Shown: in pieces, positions 37,159 through 46,388 of the stretch
Position numbering within the stretch: position 1 is the first letter of the stretch
Layout of the letters: each line of letters begins with the position of its first letter
DNA from: Acidobacteriota bacterium
GTDB taxonomy: Bacteria; Acidobacteriota; Vicinamibacteria; Vicinamibacterales; 2-12-FULL-66-21
Assembly: GCA_031393955.1 (NCBI GenBank)
Contig: JANMWI010000046.1
Location: forward strand, 185 to 64,184
Reading direction: 5' to 3'
Length of the DNA: 64,000 nucleotides
Program-made: the position numbers and the translations under genes
The notes under the pieces: generated by a model
The model's input: the letters and a program-made list of their open reading frames with translations, nothing else
What the model was told of the DNA's origin: nothing
The model's database searches: none

Positions 37159-40128
37159 ATGTCCGGCCCAGTCATCGACATTTTCCGCCGCTGTCTGTCG
37201 CTCGCCGCCGTCGTCCTGCTCGGCCTGCTGCTCGGCTCGACCGCCGCCGCGGCGCAGAGCGCCACGGCATCAATCGAAGGCACGGTCACCGATCCATCCG
37301 GCGCGCCGGTGCCGGGTGTCACGGTCGTGCTCACCCAGCAGGCGACCGGCGTCACCCGCGAAGTCGTCACTGACGGCCAGGGGCTGTTCCGCGCGCCGCT
37401 GCTGCCGGTCGGCAGCTACGAGATCAAAGCCGAGCTCGCCGGCTTCGCGCCCTTCAGCCAGCGCGATCTCACCCTGACGGTCGGACAGACGCTGTCGCTG
37501 ACGGTCCCGCTGGCGCCGGCGGCGCTGGCCGAAACGGTCAACGTCTCGGGCCGCACCCCGATCGTCGAGGCGACCCGCAGCCAGGTCAGTTCGACGGTCG
37601 GCGAAGCCACGGTCGCCAATCTGCCGGTCAACGGCCGCAACTTCATCGACTTCGCGCTGCTCACCCCGGGCGTGACCCGCGACGTCCGCACCGGCGACAT
37701 CAGCTTTGCCGGCCAGCGCGGCACGCTCAACAGCCTGGTCGTCGACGGCGCCGACAACAACAACACCTTCTTCGGGCAGTCGCTCGGTCGGACCGGCTCG
37801 GGCCGCGCCCCCTACCAGTTCAGCCAGGACGCGGTCCAGGAATTCCAGGTCAACTCGAACGCCTACTCCGCCGAGTACGGCCGCGCCGGCGGCGCCGTCA
37901 TCAACGTCGTCACCAAGTCCGGCACGAATGCCGTGCACGGCTCGGTGTTCGAGTTCTATCGCGACAAGGCGCTAAACGCGAACGACGCGATCAACGTGCT
38001 GAACCGCCGGCCGAAATCGGCCTACCACTACAACCAGTTCGGCGGCAGCCTCGGCGGCCCGATCCTGCGCGATCGCCACTTCTTCTTCGCCAACTACGAC
38101 GGCCAGCGCAACACCCAGCCGAACGACGTCTTCCCGGGGATTCCGTCGAATACGCCCGGCGATCCCGACACTGCCGCCGGCCTGGCACGGATCCGCGCGC
38201 TGGCCAACAGCTGGACGCGCACCCAGGACCAGGATGTCTTCCTGCTCAAGACCGACTTCCAGCTGGCGTCGAGCCAGCGGCTGACGCTGCGCTACAACCA
38301 CCAGAACTTCACCGGCGGCAACTTCGAGAGCGGTGGCCCGCAGATCGCGCTGGAGCACACCGGCGCCTCGAAGGTGATGACCCGTTCGCTCAACGCGAGC
38401 CTGACCAGCGTCTTCCGCCAGTCGCTGCTGAACGAGGTCCGGACGCAGTGGGCGCGCGACCAGGAGCCCGGCTTCGCCAACAGCGCTAACCCCGAGGCGG
38501 TCATCCGCCAGGGCGGATCGACGGTCCTGACGATCGGCCGCAACTTCTTCAGCCCGCGCGAAACGACCATCAAGCGCGGCCAGGTTGCCGACACGCTGAC
38601 GTTCGTGCGCGGCGCGCACAAGATGAAGGCCGGCGCCGACCTCGTGTTCGACCGCATCCTCAACTTCTTCCCCGGCAACTTCTCCGGGTCCTACACCTTC
38701 AACAGCATCGCCTCGTTCCAGCGCGGCATCCCTGACGGCACCGGCGAGCGCTACGTCCAGGCCTTTGCCGGCCCCGGCACGTCGGGGGCGACGACCCATC
38801 CGGACATCACCGAATATGCCGCCTTCGTCCAGGACGAGTGGCGCGCGACGCCGTCGGTGACGGTCAACGCCGGCCTCCGCTACGACCTGCAGAAATTCGC
38901 CACGCCCGAGGTCCGCAACCCGGATCCGCAGCTGGCGCAGGCGGGCATCGACACCAGCGTGCTGAACACCGACACCAACAACTGGGGTCCGCGCGTCGGC
39001 GTCGCCTGGTCGCCGCGCGGCCGCCGCATCGTCGCCCGCGCCGGCTACGGGCTGTTCTACGGCCGGACGCCGTCGATCATGGTCGGCACCGCCCACTCCA
39101 ACAACGGCATCAACGTCCAGACCATCACCTTCACCGGCGCGCTGGTCCCGACTTATCCGGCGATTCTGCCGGCGGTCCCGTCCGGTGTCGCGCTGCCGAA
39201 GCCGACGATCTTCACCTTCGACAGCCAGTACCAGAACGCCCGGGTGCAGCAGACCAGCGCCGGAGTCGACTACGACCTCGGCCACGACACCGCCGCCTCG
39301 GTCAGCTACCTGTTCGTCCACGGCGACGACCTGCCGCGGTCGACCGACCTCAACATCGGCGCCGCCTGGCCGGTGACGCTGACGGTTGCCGCCACCGGCG
39401 AGCAGATCCCGCACTATCAGTTCGCGCCCGGCCCGTTCACCAACTTCGCGCGCATCATCTCGTTCCAGAGCACGGCGGTGTCGACCTACCACGGCCTGAC
39501 CTTCGAGCTGAACCGCCGCTTCAGCCACGGGATGACCGGGCGCGCGGCGTACACGATTGGCCGGGTCAAAGACACCGTTCCGGACGCCACCGCGGTCGTT
39601 CCGGGCGGCAGCGACGATGCCAAGTTCGCGTCGAACCCGGCGGACTTCAACACCGACCGGACGCGCGGCGCGAACGACCAGCGGCACCGCCTGGTCCTGA
39701 GCGGGGTCTACATGACGTCCGGCAGCGGGTTGAAGGGCGCGGCCCGGGCGCTGGTCGGCGGCTGGACCTTCGCCGGGATCCTGACCGCCCAGTCCGGACA
39801 GCCCTACAACGCCTACGTCAGCGCCGACGTTAATCGCGACGGCAACAATCGCAACGACATCGCGCCGGGCACGAAGCGCAACGCCTACACGCTCGAGTCG
39901 CAGATCTCGCTCGACCCGCGGATCGCGCGGGACATTCCGCTCGGCCACGCCAAGCTGCAGCTGATTGCCGAGGCGTTCAACCTCCTCAACCGCGACAACA
40001 TCAGCTCGGTTCGCAACGGCCTGTACACCGCGAACGGACTGGTCCTGAGCCGGACGACGAACTTCGGTAACCCGCTGACGTCCGCCGGTACGCGGATCGT
40101 TCAGCTTGCCGCTAAGGTGACGTTCTGA
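37159..40128 (+). CDS. TonB-dependent receptor with N-terminal carboxypeptidase-regulatory-like domain (second copy)
   Basis: The ATG at 37159 follows GGAGG. A signal peptide is present. 'ASIEGTVTDPSGAPVPGVTVVLTQ...GSYEIKAELAGF' and the plug motif 'LPVNGRNFIDFALLTPG' are present. The C-terminus is 'VQLAAKVTF'. Confidence 0.9.
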   Translation: MSGPVIDIFRRCLSLAAVVLLGLLLGSTAAAAQSATASIEGTVTDPSGAPVPGVTVVLTQQATGVTREVVTDGQGLFRAPLLPVGSYEIKAELAGFAPFSQRDLTLTVGQTLSLTVPLAPAALAETVNVSGRTPIVEATRSQVSSTVGEATVANLPVNGRNFIDFALLTPGVTRDVRTGDISFAGQRGTLNSLVVDGADNNNTFFGQSLGRTGSGRAPYQFSQDAVQEFQVNSNAYSAEYGRAGGAVINVVTKSGTNAVHGSVFEFYRDKALNANDAINVLNRRPKSAYHYNQFGGSLGGPILRDRHFFFANYDGQRNTQPNDVFPGIPSNTPGDPDTAAGLARIRALANSWTRTQDQDVFLLKTDFQLASSQRLTLRYNHQNFTGGNFESGGPQIALEHTGASKVMTRSLNASLTSVFRQSLLNEVRTQWARDQEPGFANSANPEAVIRQGGSTVLTIGRNFFSPRETTIKRGQVADTLTFVRGAHKMKAGADLVFDRILNFFPGNFSGSYTFNSIASFQRGIPDGTGERYVQAFAGPGTSGATTHPDITEYAAFVQDEWRATPSVTVNAGLRYDLQKFATPEVRNPDPQLAQAGIDTSVLNTDTNNWGPRVGVAWSPRGRRIVARAGYGLFYGRTPSIMVGTAHSNNGINVQTITFTGALVPTYPAILPAVPSGVALPKPTIFTFDSQYQNARVQQTSAGVDYDLGHDTAASVSYLFVHGDDLPRSTDLNIGAAWPVTLTVAATGEQIPHYQFAPGPFTNFARIISFQSTAVSTYHGLTFELNRRFSHGMTGRAAYTIGRVKDTVPDATAVVPGGSDDAKFASNPADFNTDRTRGANDQRHRLVLSGVYMTSGSGLKGAARALVGGWTFAGILTAQSGQPYNAYVSADVNRDGNNRNDIAPGTKRNAYTLESQISLDPRIARDIPLGHAKLQLIAEAFNLLNRDNISSVRNGLYTANGLVLSRTTNFGNPLTSAGTRIVQLAAKVTF

Positions 40129-41915
40129 GGCCCGTCGCCGTCGCGCTGGCGATCGCGGCAGCGGGGCTGAGCGGCGGCGTCATCGCCGTCGCGCAAACCC
40201 GCACCGGCGCGTCCGCCAGCGCCGCGTCAACGGCGCTGCACCGCATCGTCGCCGACTACGAGCGCTTCGATCGCGCCGAGGACCCGCTGGCGTCCGGGCA
40301 GGAGGGGGATCGCGACGCGCTCGCCCGCCTCCCCGGCATCACGCCCGCCGACAACGCACGCCGGCAGGCAGCGCTCGAGCGGTTCCGCGCCAGGCTCAGC
40401 CAGGTTTCGAGCCGCGGCCTGCCGCCGGCCGACCGCCTCAACCTGGCGTTCCTGCAGCGCGTCATCAGCGAACGTCTCGAAGGCCTCCGCTTCGACGACG
40501 GCCGGCTCGGCTTTACCAACGAAGGCGGGCCGGAGCAGCTGCTCGCCTACATCGCCGACAGCACCGTCATCCGCTCTGCCGCCGACGCCGCCGCGTACCT
40601 GTCGAGGCTCGAGGCGGCGGCGAAATACATTGAGGACACCACCGCCAACGTCCGCCGCGGCGTCGCCGCCGGTTTCGTGCAGTCGCGCGCGACGACCGAC
40701 GTCGTGCTCCGCCAGCTCAAATCACAGGCGGCCACGCCGACCGACGATGGGCCGTTCATGAAACCCGTGGCGGCCCTGCCGCGCGCCATTCCCGAAGTCG
40801 AGCAGCAGGCGCTGCGCACCCGGGCGCGGCAGATCATCGACACCAGGATCCGTCCGGCGCAGGCTGCCTTCGCCCGCGCCGTCGAAAGCGAAGTGCTGCC
40901 TGTCGCGAAGCCCGACATCGGCGCACTGCATCTGCCCGGCGGCCGGGAATACTACGCCTACCTGGCCCGCTTCTACACGACCACCGAGCTGACGCCCGAT
41001 CAGATCCACCAGAAGGGACTCGACGAGGTGGCGCGGATCCGTGGCGAGATGCAGAAGGAAATCGCCGCCGCCGGCTACAACGGGACGTTCGCTGAGTTCC
41101 TGCATTTCCTGCGGACCGACCCGCGCTTCTACGCGACGTCGCGCGAGGACCTGATGGAGAAATCGGCCCGGATTGCCAAGCTTGCCGATGACCAGCTGCC
41201 GAAGATTTTCGGCAAGCTGCCGCGGCTGCCGTACGGCGTCCGGGAAGTGCCGCACGACATCGAGGAAAACTTCACCACCGCGCGCTATAACCCCGGCTCG
41301 CCGCAGCTCGGGCTTGCCGGCGGGCTGATGGTCAACACGTCACACCTCGATCAGCGGCCGCTCTACGAGCATCCGGCGCTGATCCTTCATGAAGGCGTGC
41401 CGGGACATCACCTGCAGATCGCCATCCAGCAGGAGCTTGGCGAGCAGCCGTGGTTCAGGCGCCAGGCCGGCGTGACCGCGTTCGTCGAAGGCTGGGGGCT
41501 GTACAGCGAGTTTCTCGGCTACGACATCGGCGCCTATCGCGACCCGTACGAGCGGTTCGGCAAGCTGTCGATGGAGATGTGGCGCGCCTGCCGGCTGGTC
41601 GCCGACACCGGCATCCACTGGAAGGGCTGGGACATCGAGCAGGCCCGGGCCTGCTTCACCGAGAACTCAGCGCTCGCGGCCAAGAACATCGAGAACGAGC
41701 TGCAGCGCTACATTTCGTGGCCGGGCCAGGCGCTCGCCTACAAGATCGGCGAGCTGAAGCTGCGCGAGCTGCGCGCCCGCGCGGAGGCCGCGCTCGGCAC
41801 CCGATTCGACCTGCGCGCCTTCCACGACGCCGTGCTCTGGAACGGGCCGCTGCCGGTCGATCTCCTCGACGCGCAAATCAGCGCGTGGATCCGCGAGCAG
41901 GGCGCGACGCCGTAG
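40125..41915 (+). CDS. DUF885 family protein (second paralogue), probable CTG start overlapping the receptor stop codon
   Basis: The track ORF starts at an internal GTG (40677). I translated the same frame by hand and it is open back to an in-frame TAA at 40113. That stretch encodes a signal-like 'LRPVAVALAIAAAGLSGGVIAVAQ' and a DUF885-type N-terminal region ('ADYERFDRAEDPLASGQEGDRDALARLPGITP...'). No ATG, GTG or TTG lies between 40116 and 40677. CTG at 40125 is preceded by AAGGTGA (40114-40120). The core motif is 'LILHEGVPGHHLQ...FVEGWGLYSEFLG'. Confidence 0.75.
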   Translation: MRPVAVALAIAAAGLSGGVIAVAQTRTGASASAASTALHRIVADYERFDRAEDPLASGQEGDRDALARLPGITPADNARRQAALERFRARLSQVSSRGLPPADRLNLAFLQRVISERLEGLRFDDGRLGFTNEGGPEQLLAYIADSTVIRSAADAAAYLSRLEAAAKYIEDTTANVRRGVAAGFVQSRATTDVVLRQLKSQAATPTDDGPFMKPVAALPRAIPEVEQQALRTRARQIIDTRIRPAQAAFARAVESEVLPVAKPDIGALHLPGGREYYAYLARFYTTTELTPDQIHQKGLDEVARIRGEMQKEIAAAGYNGTFAEFLHFLRTDPRFYATSREDLMEKSARIAKLADDQLPKIFGKLPRLPYGVREVPHDIEENFTTARYNPGSPQLGLAGGLMVNTSHLDQRPLYEHPALILHEGVPGHHLQIAIQQELGEQPWFRRQAGVTAFVEGWGLYSEFLGYDIGAYRDPYERFGKLSMEMWRACRLVADTGIHWKGWDIEQARACFTENSALAAKNIENELQRYISWPGQALAYKIGELKLRELRARAEAALGTRFDLRAFHDAVLWNGPLPVDLLDAQISAWIREQGATP

Positions 41916-41989
41916 CCGGCGGACGTCAGTCGCGCAGCCCACGCGGCCGGCGCGGCTCGCCGACCCCGTCGCGCATCGGAATGCCGAGC

Positions 41990-42211
41990 GTAGGCGCCGG
42001 CGATGCCGTGCTCGGCGGGGTAGCAGCCAGTCGCGATGGTCGAACTGGCGGCCGGCGTAATCGAGGGGAAGATCGAGACCGACGACTCGTGCATGCGGCC
42101 GGCTTCGGCCAGCCGCTGCAGCACCGGCAACCGCCCGGTGCGAATCGCGGGGCAGACAACCCGCGGCGTCGCGGCGTCGATGACGATCAGCAGGACTTTG
42201 CGCGGCGGCAT
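41990..42211 (-). pseudogene. N-terminal remnant (~74 codons) of an alkaline-phosphatase-superfamily (nucleotide pyrophosphatase/phosphodiesterase-type) gene
   Basis: 'MPPRKVLLIVIDAATP...LPVLQRLAEAG...SIFPSITPAASSTIATGCYPAEHGIAG' matches the N-terminal metal-site/nucleophile region of type I phosphodiesterase family proteins. After that the frame becomes Arg/Ala junk and runs antisense into the DUF885 gene. Only ~300 bp are available for a family that normally needs more than 1.2 kb. Confidence 0.5.
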
Positions 42212-42258
42212 CTGATCAGTTCAGCGGAAGGCACCGCGACCGGCGAGCCCGCAGTCTT

Positions 42259-44514
42259 CTACCATGTAACGTCGAACATCCGCGAGTACTTGACGACAAA
42301 CGACCGATCGGTCCGCTCGGGCCGCGGGAAGAGATCGTAGAGCCCGCGCGTGTCCGTATACACAAGAAACAGTCCGGTGCCGGCGGCCTGGAGCCATGCG
42401 AATCGGACATTGGCCGACCAGAGATCGGCGCGATCGTTGTACTGGACGAGCCCCTGCAGGAACGTCCGGGTCGTGAACGAGTACGAGAGGCGGGTCCGCA
42501 GCAGGTTGGTCGTGAAGCTGCCCCAGGGTCCCGTGACGTCGTTCCGCTGATAGGCGACTTCGCTCGTCAGGGTGTCGCCAATCCGCATCCGCAGCGTCGG
42601 CGTGGTGGTGACGCGGTCGCCGCCGAAGAACCCGCCGATGACGGTCTGCAGGTTGAGGCTCACCGGCGCGCCGCGGTTGGTCGTGAAGACCAGCTGCGCT
42701 TCGTTGTGGCCATACGACCCTGGCGGAACGTTGATGCCCGGGAAGATCGGAAACGCCTTCCGGACCCCCTCGTGCGTGATGTTCATGCCGGTGTGGATCT
42801 CGTAGCTGTTCCGGAACTGCCAGTGGTTGTCGATGTGCCACAGGCTGCTCTCGAGGAAGCCGTCGAAGCCGTAGAAGGCGCGGTACGACGAGTGCGGCCG
42901 CAGCTCCTGGAGATGCAGGAAGTCGTGCGGACGGAAACGCGTCATCAGCGACACGCTGGGCTTGCGGTAGCCGCGGCGGCTGAGGAACCCGACCTCGGGG
43001 TTGAAGCGCTCGCCGATTTGCTGGTAAGCGGTATCGAAGTCGAAGCGTGGCACGCTGGTGCGGGAGCGCAGGTTATAGCCGTAGTCGCGCGACTTGACCC
43101 CCGGCGTGTCGGTCTTGGCGAGAAACCCGGACACCACGGTGTGCTGGCGGATGCCCGCCTTGCCGTCGACCGCGTAGGTCCGGTTGTAGTCGCGGCCCGC
43201 GGCAAACCGTCCGGTCCCGGACCGGTTCACGAACAGGCCGCCAATCGTGGCGCGGTTCGGCAGGTTGCGGCTGACCCGGGCGACCGAGAAGTTGTTCGCC
43301 GGAATGCGGATGCCGGCGTCGCCGGTCTGCATGTCGAGCAGGCCGATGTCGTAGCGGCCGGCTTTGCCGGAGACCCGGCCGCCGCCGAGGATCGGCGTAT
43401 TCTCGCCGTTCGGGCCGATCCCGATCCGGCGGCTGAAGAACAGATCGACCTCGCCCGGATTGCCGACGGCGAAGAAACCCGAGTTCTCGAGGAAGAAGGG
43501 ACGCTTCTCGGGGAAGAACAGCTCGAACCGGTCGAGATTGACCTGCTGATCATCGACCTCGACCTGCGCGAAGTCGGTGTTGACGGTGGCGTCGAGGGTC
43601 AGGCTCGGCGTCAGGCTGTACTTCAGGTCGCCGCCGACATCACCGAGCAGGACGCCGTGCGCCGGCCGGACGCCGGACTCCAGGGCGTTGCCGAGCACGT
43701 ACGGCGTCGCCTTGAGGCTGCGGATGACCGGCGTCTGCAACCCGACCAGCTGTCCCGCCAGCGACAGCCGGTAGAGCGAGTACTGCCGCGGGATCGGCGC
43801 CCAGTAGGCGCGCTCGTTGCGGCGCCTGATGTTGCGCTGGAAATTGACGCCCCAGATCCGTCCCTCGCCGGCCGGGAAGCGGAGGGTCCGGAACGGAATC
43901 GCGAACTCCGCCGACCAGCCGATCTCGGTCGTCCGGGCGCGCACTTCCCACGCTCCGTCCCAATTCAGATTGAAGCCGCCGCCGGATCCGGTCTGCTGGA
44001 GTTGCCCGATCGACAGGCCGCCCCCGCCCTGGCCTTCGTTCGTCACCTGGCCGTCGTATTCGATGCCGGCCGGATTGGTCCCGAAGACGAAGCCGTTCAG
44101 CTGATCGCGGTAGGTGTCGAAAATGATCCGGAAGCTGTCCGAATCATCGAGGCTGGCGTCGCGCCGCGCCGTCGAGACGATGATCCCATCGGGATCACGG
44201 TCGTAGCACACCACGCCGACGTAGAGCGTGTCGGCCGTGAAGACGACGCGGACCTCGGTGCGCTCGGACGACGGCTGCCCTTCGTCGGGCTGCTCCTGCA
44301 GGAAGCCGGTCGCCGGCACCGCCGCCGCCCAGGCGGGGTCGTCGAGGACGTCGCCATCGAGAATCGGCGCCTGCGCGGCCGCGACCGCCCGGACGAGCGG
44401 ACGGCCGGCGACGGCGGTCTCCTGACCCGCACCTGCGGCGGCCGCCGCGGGTACGTCCGCCAGCAGCGGCCACGCCAGCGCGGCAACGACAACGGCAACG
44501 GCGCGCCACGGCAT
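42259..44514 (-). CDS. DUF5916 / carbohydrate-binding-family-9-like outer-membrane-type protein
   Basis: The start is at the ATG for '[19 protein letters not shown]' (44514). 'ILDGDVLDDPAWAAA', 'TEVRVVFTADTLYVGVVCYD', 'WDGAWEVRARTTEIGWSAEFAIPF' and 'WGVNFQRN' indicate the CBM9-like N-domain. A long beta-rich C-terminus follows. The N-terminal 414 aa of track ORF 42259..45756 are an alternative frame of pckG. Confidence 0.75.
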   Translation of the reverse strand: MPWRAVAVVVAALAWPLLADVPAAAAAGAGQETAVAGRPLVRAVAAAQAPILDGDVLDDPAWAAAVPATGFLQEQPDEGQPSSERTEVRVVFTADTLYVGVVCYDRDPDGIIVSTARRDASLDDSDSFRIIFDTYRDQLNGFVFGTNPAGIEYDGQVTNEGQGGGGLSIGQLQQTGSGGGFNLNWDGAWEVRARTTEIGWSAEFAIPFRTLRFPAGEGRIWGVNFQRNIRRRNERAYWAPIPRQYSLYRLSLAGQLVGLQTPVIRSLKATPYVLGNALESGVRPAHGVLLGDVGGDLKYSLTPSLTLDATVNTDFAQVEVDDQQVNLDRFELFFPEKRPFFLENSGFFAVGNPGEVDLFFSRRIGIGPNGENTPILGGGRVSGKAGRYDIGLLDMQTGDAGIRIPANNFSVARVSRNLPNRATIGGLFVNRSGTGRFAAGRDYNRTYAVDGKAGIRQHTVVSGFLAKTDTPGVKSRDYGYNLRSRTSVPRFDFDTAYQQIGERFNPEVGFLSRRGYRKPSVSLMTRFRPHDFLHLQELRPHSSYRAFYGFDGFLESSLWHIDNHWQFRNSYEIHTGMNITHEGVRKAFPIFPGINVPPGSYGHNEAQLVFTTNRGAPVSLNLQTVIGGFFGGDRVTTTPTLRMRIGDTLTSEVAYQRNDVTGPWGSFTTNLLRTRLSYSFTTRTFLQGLVQYNDRADLWSANVRFAWLQAAGTGLFLVYTDTRGLYDLFPRPERTDRSFVVKYSRMFDVTW

Positions 44515-46355
44515 TACAGCCGGCAAATCAGCAACTCTCGCTCGTAGACCATCTCCGGCGGCAGGTGGCTGTGGACGTCGATGAAGAGCTCCTCGTGCTC
44601 GATCACCTCCGACCGCCAGCTGACGGGATCCACCGACTGGATCGTCTCGAACGCCTCGCGCGAGAACGGCAGGCCGGTCCAGTCGATGTCCTCGTAGCGC
44701 GGCATCCACCCGATCGGCGATTCGCGAGCCAGGGTGCGGCCGTGCACCCGGTCGACGATCCAGCGGAGGATGCGCATGTTCTCCTGGAAGCCCGGCCACA
44801 GGAACCGGCCGTCGGCCCCTTTGCGGAACCAGTTGACGTGGAAAATCTTCGGCGTCTCGGTCAGCGCCCGCTGCATCTGGATCCAGTGCCGGAAGTAGTC
44901 GCCCATGTGATACCCGCAGAACGGCAGCATCGCCATCGGGTCGCGGCGGACCTTCCCGACCTTGCCGACCGCCGCCGCGGTCGTCTCCGATCCCATCGTC
45001 GCGCCGACGTAGACCCCGGCCGTCCAGTTGAACGCCTGATAGACCAGCGGCATCGTCGTCGCGCGGCGGCCGCCGAAGATGAACGCGCCAATCGGCACGC
45101 CGTTGGGCGACTCCCAGTCGGCGTCGATGATCGGCGCCTGGACGATCGGCGCGGTGAACCGTGCGTTGGGATGCGCGGCGAGCCGGCCGGTCTCGCGGCC
45201 GATCGCCGGGGTCCACGGGTGGCCCTGCCAGTCGATACATTCGGCCGGCGGCTCGTCGGTCATCCCCTCCCACCAGACGCCCCCATCCGGGGTCTCGGCG
45301 ACGTTGGTGAAAATCGTGTTGCGGGCGATCATCGCCATCGCGTTCGGGTTGGTCTTGACCGACGTGCCCGGCGCGACGCCGAACACGCCCGCTTCGGGAT
45401 TGATCGCCCGCAGGTGGCCGTGCGCGTCCGGCTTGATCCAGGCGATGTCGTCGCCGACGAGCGACACCTTCCAGTCCGACAGCCCCGGCGGCGGAATCAG
45501 CATCGCCAGGTTCGTCTTGCCGCAGGCGCTCGGGAACGCGGCGGCGACGTAGGTCTTCTCGCCGCGCGGATCCTCGACGCCGAGAATCAGCATGTGCTCG
45601 GCCATCCAGCCCTCGTCGCGGGCAATCGCCGAGGCAATCCGCAGGCCGAAGCACTTCTTGCCGAGCAGGGCGTTGCCGCCATACCCGGATCCGTAGGACC
45701 AGATCTCGCGCGTCTCGGGGAAGTGCACGATGTACTTGTCGGGGTTGCACGGCCACGGCACGTCCGCCTCGCCGGGCGCGAGCGGCGCGCCGACGCTGTG
45801 CATGCAGGGGACGACGCGCTTCTCGTCGCGGTCGATCGCCGCCAGCACCGGCGTGCCGATGCGCGCCATGATCCGGGTGTTGACGACGACGTACGGCGAA
45901 TCGGTCAGCTGGACGCCAATCTGCGACATCGGCGAGCCGACCCGGCCCATGCTGAAGGCCAGCACGTACATCGTCCGGCCGGCCATGCAGCCGCTGAATT
46001 TTTCCTTCAGCGTGCGGCGCATCTCGTACGGGTTAACCCAGTTGTTGGTCGGCCCGGCGGCTTCCTTCGACAGCGAGCAGACGAAGGTGCGCTGCTCGAC
46101 TCTGGCGACATCGCCGGCGTCCGAGCGCGCCAGGTAGCAGCCCGGCCAGAGCTCGTCATTGAGCTTGACGAGCGTGCCGTTGCGGACCATCAGCGCGCTG
46201 AGCGCGTCGTTCTCCTCCTGCGAGCCGTCGACCCAGTGGACCGCCGCCGGACGGGTCAGCTGCCGCATCTTCTCCACCCAGCGCAGCAGGTGGGTGTTCC
46301 GCGCCAGCGGCACGGACGGGTCGCGCGACAGCGAGATGCCGATCTCCTTGCTCAT
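44514..46355 (-). CDS. pckG: Phosphoenolpyruvate carboxykinase (GTP)
   Basis: 'GPTNNW', '[15 protein letters not shown]' and 'GDDIAWI' are present. The length and N-terminus are typical of GTP-dependent PEPCK. Confidence 0.95.
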   Translation of the reverse strand: MSKEIGISLSRDPSVPLARNTHLLRWVEKMRQLTRPAAVHWVDGSQEENDALSALMVRNGTLVKLNDELWPGCYLARSDAGDVARVEQRTFVCSLSKEAAGPTNNWVNPYEMRRTLKEKFSGCMAGRTMYVLAFSMGRVGSPMSQIGVQLTDSPYVVVNTRIMARIGTPVLAAIDRDEKRVVPCMHSVGAPLAPGEADVPWPCNPDKYIVHFPETREIWSYGSGYGGNALLGKKCFGLRIASAIARDEGWMAEHMLILGVEDPRGEKTYVAAAFPSACGKTNLAMLIPPPGLSDWKVSLVGDDIAWIKPDAHGHLRAINPEAGVFGVAPGTSVKTNPNAMAMIARNTIFTNVAETPDGGVWWEGMTDEPPAECIDWQGHPWTPAIGRETGRLAAHPNARFTAPIVQAPIIDADWESPNGVPIGAFIFGGRRATTMPLVYQAFNWTAGVYVGATMGSETTAAAVGKVGKVRRDPMAMLPFCGYHMGDYFRHWIQMQRALTETPKIFHVNWFRKGADGRFLWPGFQENMRILRWIVDRVHGRTLARESPIGWMPRYEDIDWTGLPFSREAFETIQSVDPVSWRSEVIEHEELFIDVHSHLPPEMVYERELLICRL

Positions 46356-46388
46356 GGGACTCCTGTGCTCCGGCGCCGCCGCCGAAGG

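Noticed and set aside
37972-39948. ORF 37972..39948 (-, 658 aa) antisense to the second TonB-dependent receptor
   Set aside because: It is an antisense artefact without motifs.
41738-42211. Full 157-aa ORF 41738..42211 (-) as an intact gene
   Set aside because: Only the first ~74 aa resemble any family. The rest overlaps the DUF885 3' end in antisense and is Arg/Ala/Ser junk. I treated it as a gene remnant.
42259-45756. Track ORF 42259..45756 (-) as a 1165-aa protein
   Set aside because: The N-terminal 414 aa are an alternative frame of pckG. A signal peptide and ATG at 44514 define the real DUF5916 gene.
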